This document shows, piece after piece, positions 58,214 to 64,000 of a DNA stretch of 64,000 bases (positions are counted from its first letter, which is position 1; every line of letters starts with the position of its first letter). The translations under genes were made by a program, and so were the position numbers. Below the pieces are notes generated by a model. It was not told where the DNA came from. It did not search any database and saw only the letters and a list, made by a program, of their open reading frames with translations. Where the stretch lies: NCBI GenBank assembly GCA_000092065.1, contig CP000591.1; one strand, 5' to 3'. Source of the stretch: Ostreococcus lucimarinus (Eukaryota).

Positions 58214-61162
58214 ATGCACCGCGTCGGGAAGACGTTCGTCAAGACGACGAAGCGCGGGCAGGCGGTGACCAAGGTGCGACGGGAGCGGTACCTGCGCGAC
58301 GACGTGTACGTCGGATGCGGGGACGCCGCCGTCGAGGCGCGGTATCGAGGACGCGACGAGGCGCTGTACGTGCTTCGACCGGAGCGCCGAGGCGCGAAAA
58401 GCGAGCGAACGATCGCGCTGATCGATTCGAACGTCGCGCTGCATCAGATGGACGCGCTGGCGGACGCGAGGGTGACGGATGTGGTGATTTGCGCGACGGT
58501 GATGGAGGAGACGCGAAACAAGTCGCGGACGTCGTACGAGCGGTTACGAGGATTGTGTAAGGATAAAGAGAAGCGGTTTTACGTGTTTAGTAATGAGAAT
58601 CACGCGGAGACGTACGCGGAAGACGTCGCGGGGGAGTCGGCGAACGATCGGAACGATCGAGCGATACGCAAGGCGGCGGCGTTTTATCGCCGAGCGATTC
58701 CGCGCGCGGCGTGCGAACGCGTGACGCTCGTGACGAATGATCGAGGAAACGCGAGAAAGGCGCGAGAGGAGAATATAGACGTGATGAGCGTGATTGAATG
58801 GATACAGTCGATCTCAAACGACGCGAGCTTGGTGGATTTGGTCGTCCCGGGCGGAGGGGCGGAGATTCCCGAGGACGAACGCGACGCCAAGCGAGCGAAG
58901 AGCGGCGGCGGCGCGAGCGCGAGCGTTTTCGAGGCGTATCTCGACGCGAATGACATCAAGGAAGGTTTAGCGAGTGGAAAATTGATCAAAGGCGGCGTTC
59001 GAACGTCTAGATATAACCCTTTTGAGGCGCACGTGATGAATGAAGGTACCGGAGAAGGCGTACTGCTGAGCGGACGCGCGGCGATGAATCGCGCCATCGA
59101 CGGCGACTTGGTCGCCGTGGAAATCTTGCCCGAATCCCAATGGATTCGTCCGGGTGGTATGATCATCACCGGTACCGCAGAAGAAGACAAAGAGACGTCC
59201 TCCGCGGACGTCGACGCGAAGGACGACGCCGGCGGACTGGCGCCGGAGACTGCGGATGAAACGGACGTCGCTGTCGCGGCGACGAAGGCGTCGGGCGTCG
59301 TTCCCACGGGAAAAGTTGTAGGTATCATTCGGCGCAACTGGCGCGAACGCGGTTATGCGGCGTCGGTCGACATGGGAAGAGACGGCAAAGGTCCAACCGC
59401 AGCCGGTGGCGGCTTCGCATCGCGCGTCTTGTGCGTGCCGAGCGATAGACGATTTCCAAAGATTCGCATCCAGACGCGCCAACTCGAAGGCTTGCTTGAC
59501 CAGCGCATCGTCGTCGTCATCGACGATTGGCCCGCGGATAGCATGTACCCCGAAGGGCACTACGTCAAGTCGCTCGGATTGATCGGTAGCGTCGATGCCG
59601 AAACACAGGCACTTCTGCTCGAAAACGACGTTGACGATCGACCGTTCGCGCCGGCGGTGTACGCGTGCGTGCCCGCCTTGCCGTGGAAAGTCACCGACGA
59701 CCATCTCGCCGAACCCGGTCGCGAGGACTTGCGCGATTTATTGGTGTGCAGCGTCGATCCTCCGGGGTGTAAAGACATCGACGATGCGCTGAGCGCGCGC
59801 GATATCGACGACGAGCGCATTGAAATCGGCGTGCACATCGCTGACGTGACGTCGTTTCTGTTCCCAGACACCGCCATGGACGAAGAGGCGGCGCGTCGAG
59901 GGACGACGACGTACTTGGTGCAACGCCGTTTGGACATGCTTCCGGGAGCGCTGACGACGGACATATGCTCTTTGGTTGGAGGTCAAGAGCGCTTGGCGTT
60001 TTCGGCGTTTTGGATCGTGCAAAAGTCCACGATGCTTCCGGATGAAACCGTCAAACCACGATTTACGAAGAGCGTCATCAAGAGCGCGGCGGCGTTGACG
60101 TACGAGCAAGCGCAGACGCGAATCGACGATGCATCTTTGAACGATGATTTGACGCTCAGCTTGAGGCGACTTCGTGATGTCGCAAGACAGCTACGCAAGC
60201 GGCGCATGGCGAACGGCGCGCTGACATTGGCTTCGCCCGAGGTGCGATTCGAGATGGATCAGCAGTCGAGCGATCCGCTCGACGTGGGCATGTACGTCAC
60301 GCGCGAGACGAATCAAATGGTTGAAGAAATGATGTTGTTAGCCAACGTCAGCACCGCGGAGCGTATTTTGCAAGCATATCCCGCGGCGGCGATGTTACGC
60401 CGTCACCCGATTCCCGAGCAGAAAATGTTTGAGCCCTTACTCAAGGCGGCCAAGGCGTGCGGCGTGGACATTGACACGCAATCCAACCGCACGCTCGCGG
60501 CGAGTCTAGACGCCGCCGTGCGACCGGAAGACGCGTATTTCAACACGCTATTGCGCTTACAAGCGACGCGGTGCATGTCACAGGCGGTGTACTGCAGCTC
60601 GGGCCAATACGCTGGACCAGAGCGCATGCACTACGGTCTCGCCATGCCGTTGTACACGCACTTTACGTCGCCGATTCGTCGGTACGCCGACGTAATCGTA
60701 CACAGATTACTGAGTGCGGCGATCGGGCTGTGTCCTCGTCACAAGTCGTTGGAGGACTCCGATCACGTCAAATCCGTCGCAGACGTCTGCAACGTGCGTC
60801 ATCGCAATTCTCAGCAAGCCGGTCGCGCGTCCGTAGAGTTACACACCTTGGTGTTTTTCCGCAAGCGCAAAATTGTCGCCGACGCGCGCGTCTTCAAAGT
60901 GCGCGCAAACGGACTCGTGGTTTTTGTCCCAAAGTTTGGCATCGAAGGACCTGTGCTCTTCGTCGAGGGCGAAAATAGCGACACCGCGACTTGTACGCTC
61001 GACGAAGACGCTATGACGGTGACGCACAAAGGAAAGACGTGGAAAGTTTTCGACCGGCTCACCGTGCGAGTGGAGGTCGAACAACTCCCTGCGCATCGGA
61101 GTCGTTTGCTCATCACCATCGTTCCTGACGACACTCCGCGCGGGGAGATCGCGAGCGCGTGA
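58214..61162 (+). CDS. DIS3: exosome catalytic subunit DIS3/Rrp44 (CR3, PIN, CSD, RNB and S1 domains)
   Basis: The N-terminus VRRERYLRDDVYVGCGD plus a PIN domain is followed by the RNB domain with HYGLAMPLYTHFTSPIRRYADVIVHR. ATG at 58214; the track's upstream 260 aa are Arg-rich non-coding sequence in the same frame. Confidence 0.9.
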   Translation: MHRVGKTFVKTTKRGQAVTKVRRERYLRDDVYVGCGDAAVEARYRGRDEALYVLRPERRGAKSERTIALIDSNVALHQMDALADARVTDVVICATVMEETRNKSRTSYERLRGLCKDKEKRFYVFSNENHAETYAEDVAGESANDRNDRAIRKAAAFYRRAIPRAACERVTLVTNDRGNARKAREENIDVMSVIEWIQSISNDASLVDLVVPGGGAEIPEDERDAKRAKSGGGASASVFEAYLDANDIKEGLASGKLIKGGVRTSRYNPFEAHVMNEGTGEGVLLSGRAAMNRAIDGDLVAVEILPESQWIRPGGMIITGTAEEDKETSSADVDAKDDAGGLAPETADETDVAVAATKASGVVPTGKVVGIIRRNWRERGYAASVDMGRDGKGPTAAGGGFASRVLCVPSDRRFPKIRIQTRQLEGLLDQRIVVVIDDWPADSMYPEGHYVKSLGLIGSVDAETQALLLENDVDDRPFAPAVYACVPALPWKVTDDHLAEPGREDLRDLLVCSVDPPGCKDIDDALSARDIDDERIEIGVHIADVTSFLFPDTAMDEEAARRGTTTYLVQRRLDMLPGALTTDICSLVGGQERLAFSAFWIVQKSTMLPDETVKPRFTKSVIKSAAALTYEQAQTRIDDASLNDDLTLSLRRLRDVARQLRKRRMANGALTLASPEVRFEMDQQSSDPLDVGMYVTRETNQMVEEMMLLANVSTAERILQAYPAAAMLRRHPIPEQKMFEPLLKAAKACGVDIDTQSNRTLAASLDAAVRPEDAYFNTLLRLQATRCMSQAVYCSSGQYAGPERMHYGLAMPLYTHFTSPIRRYADVIVHRLLSAAIGLCPRHKSLEDSDHVKSVADVCNVRHRNSQQAGRASVELHTLVFFRKRKIVADARVFKVRANGLVVFVPKFGIEGPVLFVEGENSDTATCTLDEDAMTVTHKGKTWKVFDRLTVRVEVEQLPAHRSRLLITIVPDDTPRGEIASA

Positions 61163-61220
61163 AGAGCGGTACGAAGTAGAATATTGTACAACACGATATC
61201 AGTAGGGCTGCTACGAGCGG

Positions 61221-61925
61221 CTATGAAAAAAACGGCGCCTTGCAAACGCACGTCCGACGATTCCCTTGGCACACTCCCTCGAAGCTAGGAAATCGCTTCG
61301 AAAAGCTCGGTTCCGGGGCGATGGCTAACAGTTTTGCCTTTTCGCACGCCAACTTCTCGTCGTCGTCCTTCAACGCGTACCAATGCCTGTATAACCGCAC
61401 AGATTTCACGCAATCCCCCGCGGCGTCGTGCGTCTCCGCCACCTCCGTCGCCAACAAGCACCGCACCAAATGGTCTTGCCCGAACACGCTCCACGACTTG
61501 TACTGCGCGTTAAACACGCGCCATATCCCGCATAAATCGATTAAATCGCCGTAATCCACACCTCTGACCAATCCGAGCCACTGTTCGACGTCCTTCAGCA
61601 CGCCTTGCCCGACGATGACGCACCGCGCGTCGAGCGCCTTCTTCGTCGCCGCCACCGCCTCCGCGAACGACACCCCGCGCTCGGCGAGCAACTGCTCGGT
61701 GAGTCCGGTGAGGGGGGTCAAATAACTCACCACAGGTTTCTCCTGCTTCACGTACACGTTCAACAGCGTTTGCTCCGTGCGCGCGTCGACGATTGCGATT
61801 TGCGCCACCGCTCGGTCGTTGTGCGTCGTGCCGTTGGCGACGCACTCGACGTCGATGGAGACGACGCGCGGCGACACGGCGTACGGGTCGTACGTGCGTG
61901 TTTCGTCGCGCGCGGGGGATTGCAT
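61221..61925 (-). CDS. DEDDh 3'-5' exonuclease (REX4/ISG20-like)
   Basis: The exo motifs are VVSIDVECV (DEDD I), a middle acidic block, and HDAAGDCVKSVRLY (H-x4-D). 234 aa from the ATG at 61925. Confidence 0.7.
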   Translation of the reverse strand: MQSPARDETRTYDPYAVSPRVVSIDVECVANGTTHNDRAVAQIAIVDARTEQTLLNVYVKQEKPVVSYLTPLTGLTEQLLAERGVSFAEAVAATKKALDARCVIVGQGVLKDVEQWLGLVRGVDYGDLIDLCGIWRVFNAQYKSWSVFGQDHLVRCLLATEVAETHDAAGDCVKSVRLYRHWYALKDDDEKLACEKAKLLAIAPEPSFSKRFPSFEGVCQGNRRTCVCKAPFFS

Positions 61926-62093
61926 GATGCGTGCACGGCGATGCGCGCGCTGGGCGCGATGTGCGGGCTCGGCGTCGCGGAGCGTCGGCGCAAACGTCTG
62001 CGACAATCGGGGCGCGGTTCGCTCAAATTTCCTAGATCAATTCACATTCTACTACTGCAATAAGCCTGTTAATATCATACTATGGTGTGGCGC

Positions 62094-64000
62094 TCACGGC
62101 ACCGCGGTCTCGGCTTGAATCACTTGCGTCGCCGACTCGACGGCTGGCGTCGACGCGTCGTCTTGCGCGGCCTGGGTGGAGACGAGATACGCCGAGTCCA
62201 CGCCAGTCTCGCCAGCGGCGCACGACGTGGAATCGAACGCACGGTTCGGATACGTAGGTTTCGGCGGCAATTCGACGCTTTCGGTGCCCATCAAGTCCAG
62301 GATGGAGGCGATCGCAGCGTCGAGTTGGGCGTCCTTCCCGTGAAACGTCGCCACTGGTAAGTTGGACACGAGAACGTCAGGGGTGACGCCCTTTTGCTCG
62401 ATCGCCCAGTCTCCGTTGATGTACGGGCCAAAGGATGGAATGGTGAACCCCGAACCGTCCACTAGACGAAGTTCGGGGTGGCCGCTGTACCCGATGGCGC
62501 CTCCCCAAGTGCGCTCGCCGATCACCGGACCGATGCCGAGCTGTTGAATTCCGAGCGCGAACATCTCGGCGTCGCTGCTTGTTTGCTCGTCAATCAGCAC
62601 GACAACTTTGCCTCTAAACGTGTATTGCATCGTCGTGTCGCCGGCACCGCTTCGTTCGGTGTCGAACATCCACGCCACGCGACGAAGACGCTCGAGCAGC
62701 CACGTGTCAATGTTTCCGCCGGCGTTGCGACGGACGTCGATGATTAAGCCCTTCTTGCGCACGTTCGGGTAAAACTGAGCGGCGAAGTCGTCGAAGGAAT
62801 TACTCGAACCGCGCCCTTCTTGCTCCATGTCTTCCAAGTAAACGTATGCCACGTCGTCGTTGGTCTGGCTCTTCACGTACTCCCGCTTTTGAACGACAGC
62901 ATCCGCGGCTTCTAAAACGTCGCACTCCTCAAGCATGAGCGGCATGACGATGATCATCTCCGTTGTCGGTGCGGGCTGCTCATTTTCGTCATCGCCCTTA
63001 TGTTCCTTCCCGGCCAACTTCGCGTCAGCGTGCACATCACCGTTTTTCAACGGTCCGACACTGTGCCGCGGCTGACCCAGCGGAAGTCTGGGCGCCCCTG
63101 GGGTGGCGTGCTTACGAACCAGGCTCGCCATGTGCGGATCCCGAAGCGTCTTCGTCGCGGTGCTCGCGCCGCCGAGTTGAGACGACGCCATACCCATGCC
63201 ACCACCCATCATCTGCTGCATCATGCGCAACTCTTTCATCTTTTGCAAATCCTCCTCGTCTTTTCGCTCCTGCTCCGACCGCGGCGATTTGATGACTTCG
63301 AGTAAGACTTGCATCCCAGCTTTGCCGCGAAGCAAATTCGACAGAGGCAACTCGGTGGAGTTGACGAGAACGCCATCAATTTTGGCGATGATGTCTCCCG
63401 CCTGCAGTTTGACGTGCGAATAAAGTGAAGAACGACTCAATGATGACTGCGGAGCCTCCAAGATCCCCGAACTTTCGTGAATGTACGCGATTTTCAAACC
63501 CAACGGTGTCATTTCGAAATTCGCGCCGAGGCACGCCGAGGGCGAACCGAGCGGAAGCACGGGATCGTCAGAATGAACGGATACGAACACGTGCAACGCG
63601 GAGAGCTCACCGAAGGCTTGGGCTAAAATGTCCCGCAACTCGCCCTTGGCAGATATTTTATATACCAATGGGCGATAGCGATCGGTGATGGATGTCCAAT
63701 CGACTCCGTGCAATTTTGGGTCATAGAAGGCATCTCTCATGTTGCGCATCGCCTCCTCGTACATTTGCAGCCATTCCTCGCGAGGATTCACGATGACACC
63801 GAAAGTGTCCGGAGGGTACCAAACTTCGGCTCCACGAAGAGCGGATTCTTGATCCAATCCTGGCTGTAATACGCCCTTGGCGGACAAAAGCGCGACACCC
63901 TGTTCGGTGACGAGGGTGAAGACTTGCATGTCCCCGCTCACGACTACCGCCATAGGATCGGGATACAACGGCAAGATTTGACGCGAGTACATGCTGTACA
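62094..64000 (-). CDS. tricorn-like S41 peptidase, C-terminal part (PDZ plus catalytic C1/C2 region); the N-terminal beta-propeller part lies beyond the window end
   Basis: REEWLQMYEEAMRNMRDAFYDPKLHGVDWTSI ... PDZ-like segment ... the catalytic-serine region GNIDTWLLERL, and FRGKVVVLIDEQTSSDAEMFALGIQQLGIGPVIGERTWGG match tricorn core domains. The frame stays open past 63992 to the window edge. Confidence 0.7.
   Translation of the reverse strand, partial: YSMYSRQILPLYPDPMAVVVSGDMQVFTLVTEQGVALLSAKGVLQPGLDQESALRGAEVWYPPDTFGVIVNPREEWLQMYEEAMRNMRDAFYDPKLHGVDWTSITDRYRPLVYKISAKGELRDILAQAFGELSALHVFVSVHSDDPVLPLGSPSACLGANFEMTPLGLKIAYIHESSGILEAPQSSLSRSSLYSHVKLQAGDIIAKIDGVLVNSTELPLSNLLRGKAGMQVLLEVIKSPRSEQERKDEEDLQKMKELRMMQQMMGGGMGMASSQLGGASTATKTLRDPHMASLVRKHATPGAPRLPLGQPRHSVGPLKNGDVHADAKLAGKEHKGDDENEQPAPTTEMIIVMPLMLEECDVLEAADAVVQKREYVKSQTNDDVAYVYLEDMEQEGRGSSNSFDDFAAQFYPNVRKKGLIIDVRRNAGGNIDTWLLERLRRVAWMFDTERSGAGDTTMQYTFRGKVVVLIDEQTSSDAEMFALGIQQLGIGPVIGERTWGGAIGYSGHPELRLVDGSGFTIPSFGPYINGDWAIEQKGVTPDVLVSNLPVATFHGKDAQLDAAIASILDLMGTESVELPPKPTYPNRAFDSTSCAAGETGVDSAYLVSTQAAQDDASTPAVESATQVIQAETAVP

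Noticed and set aside
1-64000. CRISPR arrays, restriction-modification or other prokaryotic defence systems, rRNA and tRNA genes
   Set aside because: No direct-repeat/spacer architecture was found and no tRNA cloverleaf candidates were seen by eye. The N6AMT1 and BMT2 methyltransferases are eukaryotic protein and rRNA modifiers, not restriction-modification enzymes.
1-64000. Mobile elements, integrated virus or prasinovirus-derived genes
   Set aside because: No transposase, integrase, capsid or polymerase-B reading frames. All recognisable genes are standard eukaryotic housekeeping or cell-biology genes with host-like codon usage.

Overview
This window is not prokaryotic. It is a very GC-rich (roughly two thirds G+C), gene-dense stretch of eukaryotic nuclear DNA, with about 47 protein-coding genes in 64 kb on both strands. 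The gene content is plant/green-algal: cytosolic plant-type glucose-6-phosphate isomerase, a phytepsin-like aspartic protease with a saposin-like plant-specific insert, a plant single-Myb telomere-binding-type (TRB) protein, and a plastid-type TrpF carrying a transit peptide. Very short intergenic spacers and short GT-AG introns with a constant ACTGACG branch-point box point to a mamiellophycean picoalga such as Micromonas; that assignment is inference. The supplied ORF track behaves like a bacterial ORF finder. It prints M for GTG and TTG starts, ignores splicing, and reports many long Arg/Ala-rich antisense shadow ORFs that are GC artefacts. I therefore re-derived gene models from homology, codon third-position GC, and splice signals. 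At least seven genes contain one small intron each (64-201 bp) with a GTGCG(C/T/A) donor, ACTGACG about 25-40 nt before the AG acceptor, and in-frame joins that restore conserved protein motifs. Recognised products include the Pelota C-terminus, V-ATPase subunit D, an S2P-unrelated CPBP protease, PGI, mitochondrial dihydrolipoamide dehydrogenase, DUSP12, DPH7, an ATM1-type ABC half-transporter, an NT5C2-like 5'-nucleotidase, an RNase-PH-like exosome subunit, syntaxin 5, XRCC4, N6AMT1/Mtq2, BMT2/SAMTOR-like methyltransferase, annexin, APC11, nucleoside diphosphate kinase, CEP44, an FKBP-TPR tail-anchored protein, PGAM5, a SulP/SLC26 transporter carrying an inserted EF-hand pair, RPL28e, UAP1, CNOT4, eIF3L, DIS3/Rrp44, a DEDDh exonuclease and the C-terminal part of a tricorn-like S41 protease. 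No CRISPR array, defence island, mobile element, rRNA or tRNA was found. The accessory-looking signals are microsatellites and pentanucleotide repeats in promoters and introns, possible introner-like intron families, and a few unusual domain insertions.
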